A DNA stretch of 64,000 nt from Vicugna vicugna (lineage: Eukaryota). Of the stretch, positions 27,312 to 40,496 are shown one piece after another. The stretch is taken from assembly GCA_013265495.1 (NCBI GenBank), contig MU058844.1, positions 936,941 to 1,000,940 on the forward strand, in the 5' to 3' direction. The translations under genes were made by a program, and so were the position numbers. How positions within the stretch are numbered: the stretch's first letter is position 1; every line of letters begins with the position of its first letter. Under the pieces are notes generated by a model. The model saw nothing but the letters and a program-made list of their open reading frames with translations, searched no databases and had not been told where the DNA came from.

Positions 27312-29149
27312 CTGCCAAAGGAGAAAGGCAGAAGAAGAATCAATGGAAGCAAAGAGCACAGACAGACTTTCTCTTTCTCTTACCTTTTTATCAGTAACTA
27401 CAATAGGGAAAGTGAAGGAGGCACCATTATTAAGTAGGAGCTAGGACTGAATAGATAGATACAGGCAATCTTCACAATAAACCGTCTTTAAAACAAACTA
27501 ATATTCCCATAACAGTTAACTCCTCAATAAGGGGCCTTTTTTTTGTGTGCCATACTTAAAGAAAATTCTATTCAGGACATCCTGATTTAACTCACCCTTA
27601 ACCTGAGTTTATGCTTTGTTGAAACCTACTCATGCTGCCTGGTACCTGATAACAAATACTACCTTTGATTTCACTGCTCATGTTGTTGATGTTAAGCTTG
27701 TGTTCATAGTAAGTGATTAAAGTAACATTATCTAACTTTTCATCAAATCCTGTTCAAAAATATCCACAAGCTTAATTCTCCTGCTGGCTTCTAAAAATGC
27801 AGAGTCAAATTTGGGACATCTCTACTAAATGTACTAGGTTTAGTAGCATACATTTTATGTACTAGTCTTACCCAATGTAACATCTGTATTCCCCTTCTTT
27901 CATTGTTCTTATTTAATGTCTTAAACTTGTTATAATGACTATATATTCTTAAGTCACACCAAATTTCAGAATAAGGCAAGTGGCTTACTTGAATGTATAT
28001 ATTCGTATGTATTATGGTCAAACTGAGCACACTGCACAAAAATGTCTTTCTTGGAAATGACAGTTATTCTCTTCTCTTCATCAATGCTTCTGGCTCCTGA
28101 CTGGCAGACACTCTCTTTAGGATTCCATAGTGCTTAACCATGTTGCTAAGCCTATTTGTGCCTTTTGATAGGTTTGTTAATTAATATAATGAGTAATGGG
28201 TCCCACTAAGAAATTTCCAAGTGTCATGATGTGGTAAATGGGAGAAGGAAGACATACTTGCTGGTCATGTAACTGCAGCGAGTAGAGACAGCAGACCCAG
28301 CCTAACAAACCAGTATAGTAAGTGACAGTAGTAGAAGCAGAGATTATGAAAACCCAGAAAAATATTTTGTTATAGGACCTTAGAAGACAAAATGCTATGG
28401 GGAGAGATGTCAAGTTTTGTCTTCAGGAAGAAGTAATTTGAAAGCTGATGATGTGAAAAGTTTATTTTTGCTGGGGGCTTTTGGGGATAGCTGGGGCTCT
28501 GGAGAGAAAGAGGTCACCGAGATGCTTTAGAAATACCATTATTAGAAGGCCACTGTGAAGACCATAAATAGTCAGGCTTAGAAATCCAGTTCTACAACCC
28601 ACTGGCTATGTGACCTTGGCCAAATGATTTAACTTCTCCGAGCCTGTTTCCTTCTCAGTGACTTCTCAGATGGCTTATGTGTGAATAATGAATGTCCCAA
28701 TCTTCCCCTGGTGAACTTATGAGATACCGTGGTAAACTGTATCACTGCCCATCTAATTCCTTTTCCTGGGAAGGATTATAGTATCTACTCCACTGAGGGT
28801 AAGCTTGGCATGTGACTTTCTTAGGCCCTGCCGCAGTCTCAAGTCATTGCCCTGGGGATTGGTAGCATTCCAGGTGGTGGCTGCTCCCTCAGCATGGGTC
28901 CCACAGTAAGCACAACAACAAAGTAGGAGCAGAGAGTAAGTGAGATATGAATTAAGCTACTGAGATTTGGAGTTTGTTCCTCTGTTACAACTGTATTTAA
29001 CCTGACTGAAACAGAGATTTTTAAATTTAGGAAAAACTTTTATAACCCATTTTTGTACATCTGTAACATAATAGGAAGCATTCATATGTGAGTTATATTA
29101 TAGACTTTGAGTAAAGAGTCTATGCTTTACTAGGCTATAAGTGCACTTA

Positions 29150-29481
29150 TGCTATGGTCTGAATATTTGTGTCCCTCTCAAGTTCATACGTTGAATTCTA
29201 ATCCCCAATGTGATGGCACTAGGAGGTATGTCCTTCAGGAGATGATTAGGTCTTAAAGATAGACCCCCCCATGAATGAGATTAATGCCCAGAGAGCTCTC
29301 TTGCCCCTTTTGCTATGTGATGGATACAATAAGTCTGCAACTGGAAGAGGGACCTCACTTAACCAGGCTGCCACCCTGACCTTGGACTTACAGACTCCCG
29401 AACTGTGAGAAATTGAGTTCTGTTGTTTCAAGCTACCCAGTCTGTGGCACTTCGTTATAGCAGCCTGAGCAGACTAAGACA
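29150..29481 (+). mobile_element. MaLR solo LTR (MLT1A0-like)
   Basis: TGCTATGGTCTGAAT...GACTAAGACA; flanks ACTTA/ACTTC look like a decayed 5-bp TSD. Confidence 0.85.
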
Positions 29482-30605
29482 ACTTCTGTGCTTTGATGAG
29501 GAGTTAATATTTCTCCAGACTATTTACTATAAACTAAATTAAAAATAATTTGACTCTAAAGGAACTGAGAGATTCTGAGATTTTAATTAATTCTCAACAC
29601 TACATTCTTTCCCTTGTTCTTCAAAGCTTTTCTTATTCTGTTTTCAAAGTTCATTAAGGGAATCTCCATACTTTATACCTCATTTTCTGCTTGTTTTGCC
29701 TTGATAAATAACTCCTCCTTGTTCACATATCACCTCAAGCATCACTGCCCCAGGAAAAATCTCCTATCTATAACTACCTCACCATTGGCCCCAACTTAGA
29801 AGCTGTCCTTCATAATATATATATGCTCCTTTTTTCCCCAGGACTGACCTCAATTTGATGATATCATTAGTGTCATTATTGGATTAATTTCTCCCTCAAT
29901 AACTGAAAACTCCCCCAAAGCAGGAGGTGTGTCGAATTTTGCACATTATTGTGTACAGGGTATCAGCCCCACACATAAGCACTTAGTAAGTGCTCTATAA
30001 ACCTCAATCTATGTTTTTTAATGGACTGTAACAATTTAAATTTTGCTAAATGAGAATAGACAGGGATTAGATTAAAAAGCTCAAAGGAGGGGAAGAGGTT
30101 CAAATATCTACTTATGAAAAAAAATTGCATTTATCAAACCAGGGGTACAAGTTTTCCTCCTCTCTCCTCCTTTCGTACACAGAAGTCTTATTAAAGGTCT
30201 TGATGGATTTGAAGGCTTATTTTGTTCCTTTCAGAGAGCCCGGCACTTTTGTTAGAAGAACAACTGAACCATGTAATTAGCCTACACAAACTATTGCCAT
30301 GAATATTGCTTTAAATTGAAGTGATTTGAAAAACAGACATGGAAATGGCTTTTCCATGCATGCAGATTTTTGTGTTAATAAAACCCACAAAGGAGAGGTG
30401 ATAATGTAAAAACAGAATCTGCAAGTTATTTTTGAAAATGCTGACTGGCGGAGAAAGGGAGGGCCCCCTTGTGGGAGGGTGCTGGCGGAGCTTTCCCAGG
30501 AACAACAACAACAACAACCACGAACAAGTGGACATAAATAATGTCCTATCCTGACATGTGGGTTAATTTATCATACGAAGCTGAGATTTCCCAGAAGGAT
30601 TTTAC

Positions 30606-30707
30606 CTTTGTGAGCATGGAAATGAAATCCAACAATGGTGAAGTCTCGCAAGCGTCAACATAGTCCTTGATGATGCTGAAAAGACTGTTCACAAAACCGA
30701 AGCTTGT
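30606..30707 (-). CDS. PLEKHG7: PLEKHG7 DH exon (TSFGFVNSLFSIIKDYVDACETSPLLDFISMLTK), 102 nt, intact
   Basis: ctccctggccctag| ... AAG|gtaaaa; translated by hand. Confidence 0.92.
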
Positions 30708-31172
30708 CTAGGGCCAGGGAGAAAGTAAACAAGAGCAGGCACACTTTCAGAGGTAAGAAATAAAAATCTGATGAACTTCAAATGTCATTCCTACAGGTGT
30801 TTCCCATTTCAAATTTATCTCCTGGAAAAATTCAAAGACTTACTTTCCTCCACTCTCCAATATGTATTTTAAGTTTTCCTTGTGAATGAATTCTTGTTGA
30901 TGTATCTCCCTTTTTAGAGGAAAGATATCATTTATTTTTAATACTTGTGAAAAAGAACATTCATTGGAGAATAGACATTTATGAAGATGATGATCTCAGG
31001 AATATGTTTTCTGCATTCATTTTTTATTGAGGAAATTCATGTATTCGTGTATTTAACATTACTTACTGAGTCCTCTCTTGCACTAGGTGCTGTCGAGGTC
31101 CTCTCGATACGGCAGTGAACAAGATGGGGTCCTGAGTATATTTCAGAAGGTGTTGCAGAGCTTGTATTCTTG

Positions 31173-31276
31173 AAAAATATGGAACACTTCCCGAATTCAC
31201 GTGTCATTCTCGCACAGGGACCCTGCTAAGCTCTGTACTGTCCCTATTTTAGTACATGTGCTGCTGAAGTGAGCAC
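31173..31276 (-). pseudogene. U6 snRNA retropseudogene
   Basis: Minus strand GTGCTCACTTCAGCAGCACATGTACTAAAATAGGGACAGTACAGAG...GAAGTGTTCCATATTTTT aligns end to end with U6, with many substitutions including CpG decay. Confidence 0.92.
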
Positions 31277-31550
31277 TGTATTTACTTTCTTAAGTAGCTA
31301 TGGAAAAATTTTAAAAATGTTACAGAAGGTTAACTAACAACTGTAATCTATTGGAAAGACATCAATGGATGTTTAGATTTCCTTTTTATTAAACTGAACT
31401 CTTGACCATAAGATTATATGGGGAAAGAATATGGAAGAAACCATATTACACTATGGAATACAAGCCACAAGAACAGACTAAGTACGAAGTTTCATGATCC
31501 TCTGGTGAATTTTAAAACATGGCTACTGGAATCGTCCTACTTTGGCTCAC

Positions 31551-31646
31551 CTGACTTAACTCCTCCAGGTTTGCAAAAAGTCTCCATAAATCCACAGCCA
31601 GGAGATATTCATGAGCTTTTAGATGTTTTAATGTATTCATGAAGAT
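31551..31646 (-). CDS. PLEKHG7: PLEKHG7 DH exon (IFMNTLKHLKAHEYLLAVDLWRLFANLEELSQ), 96 nt, intact
   Basis: ORF 31512..31712; tttttttaaag| ... CAG|gtgagc. Confidence 0.92.
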
Positions 31647-32394
31647 CTTTAAAAAAAATAAGTGCACATTACTTTGTTTTTCAATTCTGATATCTGCCCT
31701 CTGCAAGAACATTAAACATACACCTCCTGAGTATAATTTTACAGAACAATTTAGAGACCAGTATTTTCAGTGGTTAACAATTGTGCTAAATACAAATGAC
31801 ATTTAAGCTCCATAGAACATATGGGAAATGTGCTCTTCTGCATGAAGTCGTTGCTTGTAAGCCCTAACAACATTCCTGTTGAACATAATCTGTTCAAATG
31901 GGCTTTTTCTGCCTCCCAGTGCCAAAGAAATCTCCAAGGTTCTCTTTTTGCCAACAGCACTTACTTGAGACCAAAACAACATTCATACTGAATTCTCATT
32001 TATTCCTTCCTCTAAAAAGACCCAAATGTTCTTTATTTTCAGGAGATTAACAATAGAGAACTAATGAGTTATTATCTGGTAACTGATAAAATGTTTAGAT
32101 TTAGGTAAAGACATTAAATGTTAATGAAAACATTAAGGGAGGCTTTATGTGTTACTTGTTTTGATGCCTTCCTATAGTAGGAAAACTACAGCAAGTCCAG
32201 AGAGAACTATAATCCTCACAGATATCTGCCCCTCACTCTATCAACTAAAGAGAGATCAATTTATTGAAATAGGAATACTTCTTACAAATATGATGAAGCA
32301 TTCAAAGGGTCTATTTCAAGAATTATAGGTGTGAAAACACTGGACTTCAGACTACCAAATTAATTCTCCTATTCCCATTTCCATATTACTTAAT

Positions 32395-32582
32395 GCAGTG
32401 AATGGTTCTCTAACTGGCATCAGAATCATGTAGATGCCTTGTTAAACAAGAGATTAGGGGGCTCCACCCCAAACCTTTCTGATTCAGTAGGTCTTGGATG
32501 GGGTCTGAGAATATGCATTTCTAACAAGTTTCCAAGTGATTCTGATGCTGCTGGTCTGGGGACCACATTTTGCGAACCACTG
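32395..32582 (-). mobile_element. MER5A-like hAT/Charlie element
   Basis: TGATTCAGTAGGTCT...TTTCTAACAAGTTTCCAAGTGATTCTGATGCTGCTGGTC...GAACCACTG. Confidence 0.82.
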
Positions 32583-33718
32583 ACTTACAGCTTCTGCTAA
32601 TCCAGACAGTATCAGCTGTCTGGAAATCAGTCAGTGTCCAAGCATTTAAAACATATAATTGTAAGAAACAGAAATCATTACTTCAGATAAATGGGGAAAA
32701 TTTAGAAGAAATTGTCTTTTTTTGCTATAAGATTCTTTGCTTTACAGAAAATTTTTGCCATTTGAAGAATACTGAGTCTTTCAGTATATTTATTACCTGC
32801 GTTACAAAATCTCCATTTACAAGAAACTTTGAGAAACTCATATCGACTGTGTAAAGGGAAGTACTTGTATACTCTAAGTACACTGGGGCATTCAAAAACA
32901 AACTCAAATTGGCCTTTTTTAAAACAGAAAATGCTAGTTTAAAAAGTTTGTGTAGTTTATAGTGGGATAGGAAGTTCTGTCCTGTTTATTAGGGTGAGAG
33001 AGTTAGTAGAGCTTGGGGGGTTAGTGCTCTGCAGTGAATATCTGCCAGTTACCACCCAGCTTCAATGCTTCCCTTCCCTAACATCATCCTAGTTTTCATC
33101 TCAGTACCTACTCTTTCTCATGTCTTGAATGTGACTGCCTTAGGCCAGTTAGCACTTTCCTTCCTTTTCAGGGCAGCTGATTCAGAAGAGGATATGTGAC
33201 TTAAGCCAATCCAATCAGAATGAAAATCAAGACTGGTTGTGAATGCTAAGAGATTCTCTCTATATATCATATATATTTCTTTCTCTACAGGGCCTCAAGG
33301 ACAGCAGCCATTCTTTGTCTACAACAGAAGCTACACAGAGGATGAAGCTGGTACCATGGAAGGCAGGGATGGTAGATGAAATTTTGTTCCTTGGCTTTGA
33401 GCCCCTTGATCAAACCAATCTTGAATGCTCTCCCACCTTTGGACTTAAATCACATGGGTCAGTCAGATCCTGTCTTACTTAAGCTAGTTTTCTGTATCTT
33501 AACAGTCTCTGTGTTTTAACTTTCTGAGTGTTTCTGTGGTTTAAATTTTGCTGGTAAAGTACTTAGCACTATGATGGACACAACAAATATTACAGAAAGT
33601 AACTAACATTTGTATAGCACTTGATAGATTTCAAAGGACACTAATCTGATTATCACAATAGTCAGATGTTATGAGACAGTCAGAGATGGTACTGTCATCC
33701 CTCTTTTATAGCTTAGAA

Positions 33719-33941
33719 CAGAAATTGTCTAATGACAGCCTGTGGGATAAATCAGACCTGCTACTTGCTTTGGTAAATAAGATTTTACTGTAACACAGCC
33801 ATATGCATTTCTTTACAAATAATCTATGGCTTCTTTTGCATGCAGTGGAAGAGTGGAGTAATTGCAATAAAGACCACATGACCCTCAAAGCTGAAAATAT
33901 TTATCCTCTGGACCTTTACAGAAACCACATGCCAACCTCTG
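33719..33941 (+). mobile_element. MER58A-like element, nested in a MIR
   Basis: GTAAATAAGATTTTACTGTAACACAGCC...AAAATATTTATCCTCTGGACCTTTACAGAAA; MIR-like sequence on both sides. Confidence 0.78.
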
Positions 33942-34636
33942 TTTTACAAAATGGAAGACTAGACTTTCCTAAGTTCATATAACAAGTCAGAGGCAGATCT
34001 AGGACTTGAACTCACGTCTCCCAAAACAGTGTCTTTTCCTGTATAAGGGAGTACCCAGGATTCAAAAGTGCTCATGGGCAGAGGCAGCCTTGGGAACAAT
34101 GCGGCTTATCTTCCTCTGCAGTCTTGGAAGGCATCTGCTCCTTTCCTATCCCTTCCCCTGTGGTTCTTCTAGAAGGAGTTCTTTGCTCAGAGCCTGCCCA
34201 GAGCAGGGCTGCAGGACTGCACAACCCCAGGGGCACCACTTACACAGCAGAAGTCAGGAATACAGTGTGTAATCCAACTCTGCTGTGTTACATGTGGATG
34301 GTGCCCTGAAAATCTGTGACTGTGGCCCTGCACCTGATAACTGCGTAAATACAAGGTGAGAATAAGGCAGAAGAAACTCAGATATCGCATGGGGAACTAG
34401 ACTAGCTAACATAGAAGGTCACAACCAATTCTGAGAGGTTATGTTTAAGAAAAGACTGAAGAGACAACCAAGCTGTAGATAATCAAAAATGAACAAATAA
34501 AATTTCCTTACGATCCTCTGAAAGAGGGGAAACTCCTCCCCCCAACTTCCTTTTTTCAGCATGGAAGAAAGAAACAAGTCCCCAAAGAACAATATTAATG
34601 TTTTCCATCTACTACAAAGATTAAAGCCAGCATTAC

Positions 34637-34779
34637 CATCTTAAGAACTAATAAATGGTCCAAGAAATAAGTGCATTTGCTCGTGAAGAGTTCCACATGG
34701 CCTCTTGCTGCTTTCTCAGGTCTAACTGATTAGTAGGAAGTTTTTGATGTGTTTCCACAACTTCATTCCAGGTCTTATC
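34637..34779 (-). pseudogene. PLEKHG7: PLEKHG7 exon at start of DH domain (DKTWNEVVETHQKLPTNQLDLRKQQEAMW / ELFTSKCTYFLDHLLVLKM) with 1-nt deletion
   Basis: 143 nt between two phase-0 junctions (gtgtacag| and ATG|gtaatg); ATGTGGAACTC lacks one G of TGG GAA; shifted frame stops at TAG 34648-34650. Confidence 0.9.
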
Positions 34780-35543
34780 CTGTACACGGGAGAAGAGAGA
34801 GAACAAAACATTTCCACCTCAGTGGGTTGACCTGTTCACCCTTTGCTTTGATTTGTAGTACAGCAGGAACAAGCAATCCCCCAAATCATGATTTCCCACT
34901 GCAAGCCCCAAGCATAAAGGCGCCTCAAGTTATCCAAACTACAGTTCTCTGTGTGGCTTTGGGATGCCAATTTCTCCCATGCATGGGATGCACGGTACAT
35001 GTTATTTTTAGTTTAAAATGAAAGGGAATTCAAATTGATGTTGTTTTGAATTATGTTTGAAAATTTCATGAATCTTTTTAAGTTTATTGAAAAAAACAAA
35101 ACAAAACAAAACCCAAACCACTAAAAGAACCCCAAATCCAGAACTGGGAAGTCTGATCCAGGTTCTACTGGAAAAACTTGTTGAAATTAACTACTGAAGG
35201 ATTATGAAATAAGAGTTTTAAAGGTTAAAGAGATCTTTAGAAATTGTCTTATCAAAACCAACTCATCTTTCAAAAGAGGAAATTAAGGCCCAGAGAGGGG
35301 AACAGTTGTAGCAAACCATTAACATTTGTACAGGACTTCAAGGTCTGACCATTATCTTATTTAAGATAGAATGACTTTCCTGAGGTTTCAGTGTGCTTTA
35401 GAGACAGCAGACCCCATTCTACCAGGCCTGGGTTCCTCTCCTGCACTTTGCTGCTATTATGAACAAGGAGATAACCTGACAACTTAAAATGACCAAAAAA
35501 ACACAAAGAAGCCACGTCACACAGAAAACAACATCTGAGACAC

Positions 35544-35615
35544 CTTCAGGCTGCGGAGTTCACAGCCCCTGAGGTCTGTAATCAGATCAGATATGTGTTT
35601 CTGTTTGTCTTTGCT
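35544..35615 (-). CDS. PLEKHG7: PLEKHG7 exon (SKDKQKHISDL-ITDLRGCELRSLK), 72 nt, probable in-frame deletion of ~8 codons
   Basis: ctttaaatag| ... AAG|gtgtct; KDKQKHISDL matches; the human segment recalled as ENCLSSVK is absent. Confidence 0.8.
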
Positions 35616-37356
35616 CTATTTAAAGATTATTAGAAACAGGATTTACAAACATAACTTTTTGGGTGACATGTCTTTGGTGGTAGCTTCAGCATCTTTTGTT
35701 CACTGGCCAACATGCATGAGAACAGACTGCGTATTTTGCCTATGAGCCACTAACAGGTTTAAAAAAAAATTTCTGAGCCACAGTCTGATCCACAGGACCA
35801 CAGAATGTCAGACAGAAAGCAGAGAGGCCAGCAAAAATGTCTGATCCAAACCTCTGATTTTAATAGTGGAAAAAACCCAGGGCTCATAACTGTTACACAG
35901 CTAATAGATGGATTTCAGCCTAATGTGCACCTTGCAGTCCTAGTGTCCTTCACATTCTAACTTTTCCAAATGTTGTCTCACAGGACTTTACCATCAGAAG
36001 GGGTCTTAGATGTCTTAGTTCAACTCTTCACTTAGCAGATGACTAAATAAAGCCCAGAGTGTTAAAGGAACTTCCCAACATGATAATTCTCTGCTACAGA
36101 ATACCAGAATATGCTAGAAATTTTAGTTTCTTTAGGATGGAACCACCAACATATTCCTGTCATAATTTTCATTTTAAGTAATATTAGTTTAAAAATAGGA
36201 TTACAAAGGTAATATATGGTTATTGTAGAAAATTTGAGAAACAAAATCAGTCTGTAATCTCTACCCTACCCCCAGATAACTACTGAAAACCTTTTTCTGA
36301 TTGCATTTATAATTAATTTTTAATGGTGTCATATTTACACATTCTTTTGCAACTTGCTTCAAAAGCAAGTTTCAAAAACTAAATCATGACCTTTTCATTT
36401 TTCCTGACTCATTCAGTATTCTGTTCCAACATCATGAATTACCCACTTAAAGAGTTCATTTTACCAACTAAACCAGGAAGAAGCTATCAGATAACAATGT
36501 GTGAGGCTTTCTAAAGTCAACTTGGATGCACTTCAAATGAATCTTTATCACAAATAATTTTTAACTTGTTCTACTGCCTCCGGGTACATGATGTTCGCGT
36601 GGATCTAAGCAGTTTTGTGAACATTATTCAACCTGAGGTTAATGAGCAACAGAAGGCATGGGTTATCTGCTCTCGTGGGGAGGCAGCTCCCTCTGCGTGT
36701 GAAAGGAGACCCTGTAATCGTTTCAGAAAGTGCTGAAGGACTGTAGCTTATTTCTCTGGTAGTGCTGAGGCACCGAAAGAGGAAACCTATGAAAGACTTA
36801 TTAGCTTCCCAGCAGCAAAGGAATCCTGGAGACAGTTGGGTACCTCCCACAGCAATTGGAACATATGCCTTTTGTTGATGACTGAAACCAGTGACTGCAC
36901 GTTGCAGAAATAAAAAAAAAAATCAGCAGTCAGTTGAAAAATAAAGAGGCTGAGACAATGGAAGCAGCATTGGGGCTGTGGGAAAGTGGATACCAGCCCT
37001 CTATCTTGAAGGGCACTCACTGTGGCTTTCTATGGGTCTGATCAACTCCCTGGCTTGAGTGGGTACGTGCTTGGTGGATACGCTAATGAGAGGGGAGGGG
37101 ACAGTCCTCTCAGAGGAAACGTTAACTCTTTAGCATTATAGACCCATTGCTGGAAGCTGTGTTGCTTCCACTATGGTGGCATTGGCTAACAGAGGCAATG
37201 AGAAGCATTAGAAGGGTATTTGGAACATATGGAGGATGAAGAAAAGTTAAGAAGCCAAGGTTTATTCTGGGATCTCAGACTTAATAACTAAGAGGTGGGT
37301 GAACTGGAAATTTGTAGTTGGCACTGGTGACAAGGAGTTGGAGTAAAATGGGTATA

Positions 37357-37700
37357 TAGTCCTCCCTGGTATCCTTGGGGGATTGGCTCCAGGACCTTCT
37401 AAGGTACCAAAATCCACAGATGCCCAAGTTCCTTATTAGAATACATTTGCATATAATCTATGCATATCCTCTCTTTAAATGTACTTTAAACCATCTCTGG
37501 ATTAATTAGAATACCTAATACAATGTAAACACTATGTAAATAGCTGTAAATACAATGTAAATGCTATGTAAATAGTTGCTGGTATGTGGCAAATTCAAGT
37601 TTTGCTTTGTGGAAATTTCTGGAAATTTTTTCCAAATATTTTTGATTCACAGTTTGTTGAATCTGAGAAGGCAGAACCCACAGATACAGAGGGCTGACTG
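37357..37700 (-). mobile_element. MER2/Tigger3-type DNA transposon, opposite orientation to the 11601 copy
   Basis: Reverse-complement similarity to 11601-11929; TA flanks; ends GGGCTGACTG. Confidence 0.85.
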
Positions 37701-37859
37701 TATGTGAACATATGTATTTTGCAGTGGTTGGCAAAGAGATGGCTTTGAATTGGTGAGAACTACTATCTTTGAGAGCCCTGGTGAGATAAGGAGAAAGGAG
37801 TATCCAGGTCTGGTTATGGACCTCACAGCTGGAGGAGCAATTCAATGACTGTGCTAAAA

Positions 37860-38120
37860 CTCAGAGCCAGACTGCTTGGGACTGTTGAGACAAATCCCCA
37901 CTCTTCTGCTTATGAGCTGTGTGACCTCAGGCAAGTTATTCAACCTCTCTGAACCTCTGTTTCCCCATATGCAAAATGGGGATAATGATGTTACCTACCT
38001 TATTGGGTTGTTGCAAGAATTAATGCATCAACATATATAAACTATGACATACAACCAAAACACATAAACAGACAATGCCTGATAACATGGTAAAAATTAC
38101 ATGTATGTTTGCTTTTACTA
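37860..38120 (+). mobile_element. MIR SINE
   Basis: AGCTGTGTGACCTCAGGCAAGTTATTCAACCTCTCTGAACCTCTGTTTCCCCATATGCAAAATGGGGATAAT core. Confidence 0.8.
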
Positions 38121-38964
38121 CAAATATTGTTATTGATGGCTGGGAAGAAGGAAGGAGAGAAGAAAGGCAAGGAAACGAAATATCTGTAACAGTTTGGGAA
38201 AATACATTACAATGTGGTAATGTGTTATGTGGATTATCATTTACATAGATGTAAATTGCTTGATAAATCTGGCTAAAAGGATGGAGTGAGTAGACACTGA
38301 CTTTAAGGGGACCAAGTATTGTGTCCTTATGAAAGTGAGCCTTCAAGAAATGAATTTCCCTTCATTAACAAGAACATTTGCTGAAACACTCTGTCATTCC
38401 AGTGATTATTCTGTTTTTGTGTAAATATACCACTGCCTACTCACCTAACTGTGTAAGCCATTTAAACACATCCCCCCCACTCCCAGTTTATGTGTCAGCC
38501 TGACCGTCTCAACTGTGAGCTGAAAATGGGCGTCTTGGCATATTAGATATCTAGTCCAGTGTTTGGCACATACGCCACCCAACACATATGAAACAAATTA
38601 TTTCCTTATGGGGAAAAAACAGATGCATGACAGTAATTTGTAGTAACCTTAGGTAATTTCTCCCTTCTGAAAAGCACCTTCTAGCTTCCTGCTCTGCAGG
38701 AGTCCTCTGGAGAGCTGGTGGGAGATGCCCCTTCTGAAACCCTAGACCCTACTGGTAACAGACCCTTGCTGCCATTTAAATGAGGAAGGAGCCCAGGACA
38801 GGCTGTACCATAGGCCCTGTCTCAGAACTGCCAGGAAAACAGTCAAAGTAAGTTCCTAAAGAGGGGCAAAATGAGAATGACTAATGAGCAAAATTCTTGG
38901 TGACAGTGGTGTCAAGATTTTACAAGTAGTTTATGATTTGAAGTTTGTAACATTTAGACTCTGT

Positions 38965-39327
38965 CCCTATGGACTGAATGTTTCCGTCTCCCCAAAATTC
39001 GTATGTTAAAGCTAAAGTCCCCAATGGTATTTGGAGATGGGACCTTTTGGGAAGTAATTAGGTTCAGATGAGGTCATGAGGGAGGGGCCTTCATGATGAG
39101 ATTAATGTCCTTATAAGACCAGGAAGACACCAGAGCTCTCTCGCCACCATGTGAGGACACAGTGAAAAGGTGGCTGACAATAAGCCAGAAAAAGAGTTCT
39201 CACCAAAACACAGCCATGTTCGCACTCCAATCTTGGACCTCCCAGCCTCCAGAGCTGTGAGAAATAAATACTGGTTCTTTCAGCCAAGCAGTCTGTGGTA
39301 TTTGGTTAAGTAGCCCGAGCTAAGACA
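38965..39327 (+). mobile_element. MaLR solo LTR (MLT1A-like)
   Basis: CTATGGACTGAATG...CCAGCCTCCAGAGCTGTGAGAAATAAAT...GCTAAGACA. Confidence 0.82.
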
Positions 39328-39439
39328 CTCACACAAATTTTTTATGCTTGGAAAAATAATGTGAAAGTCATTCATACACTTGATTTTGAGAACAAGCAGT
39401 TTTCCAAACCTTGATTACAAATCACACTATCAATAATAT

Positions 39440-39632
39440 GGCCAATATTGATTGTTTCAGATGTGCCCAGCTCTGGGGTAGGCTTCATAGCATTATTAGA
39501 TTTATTCATCACAATCACCCTGTAAGGCTGGCACTATTAATTTTTTTTTTTAAACAGGGAAAGACCTGAAGCTGAGGGAAATTAATTCATTTGGCCAAAG
39601 TCACAGAGCAGTAAGTGGAACAGCTGGGATTG
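39440..39632 (-). mobile_element. MIR SINE
   Basis: CCTGAAGCTGAGGGAAATTAATTCATTTGGCCAAAGTCACAGAGCAGTAAGTGG. Confidence 0.65.
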
Positions 39633-40496
39633 AAAAGCCCCTCAGAGGGCTTTTAATTTAGCTCTGGTACTTAAAAAATATCAGTGCACGTGTGTCCATA
39701 GAACTTCCAAAGTAGATGTCAACAACTGACGGCAAACTGACTGGAGAGGCCACGTGGGCAGTTTTGACAGAAAGAGGGCAGTAATTATTCATAAGGCCCT
39801 ACTGGTATTGCTGGCTGCAGTGTGTTGGTATTGTTGAGAAGACAGTCAGGAAGTCCTTCCCCTTCCTCCAGACATCAGGAGTGAGGAGTCAGGAGCACTC
39901 CTTCCCTCTGCCCCCAGCACACCTGCAGGAAAGGCTGCACTCCAACCCTCATCCTCGGCAGAAACCAATCAGGCACCAATGACTGCAATTTATAACTCTT
40001 CAATGATTGATGGAACCAAGAATGAATTAAAAAAAAAACCCACTAGGACCAATCCAACTAGCTTTCCCAGAAATAGAAGTGTACTTGTGGTATCTGTTTC
40101 TGTAATATCTCATTAATTTTTCAATGTTCCCAATATGTTCAGCACTGACTGCAAACTGGAGCATACATTTGTGCAAGTTTTCTTCATGGAGTGAGCTGTT
40201 TCCTACGCTGTATCAAGTTATAAATTCGGAGCTGTAAAGCATCACAATATTAGGATTGCTTTGTTTTTCTGCAGAGCTCATTAACCACCGGCAATTAGCA
40301 CTGTATCAATGCACAGAATGGCATCATTTGGCAAGTTCTGTATCCACTACTATGAATGTGATGATATAATTTAAACTTCACGTGCCATCTGCTGTCATGA
40401 AAAGATAAAGTGGGATGAAGAGGACCTTCAGCCATTTCTTATTTTCTTAGCTACTAGAGGCTTAATTAAAATAAAAATGAAATGCACAACACTCAC

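Noticed and set aside
39633..39654. Hairpin AAAAGCCC..GAGGGCTTTT resembling an intrinsic terminator
   Set aside because: Eukaryotic intron; a short imperfect inverted repeat of this size is expected by chance.
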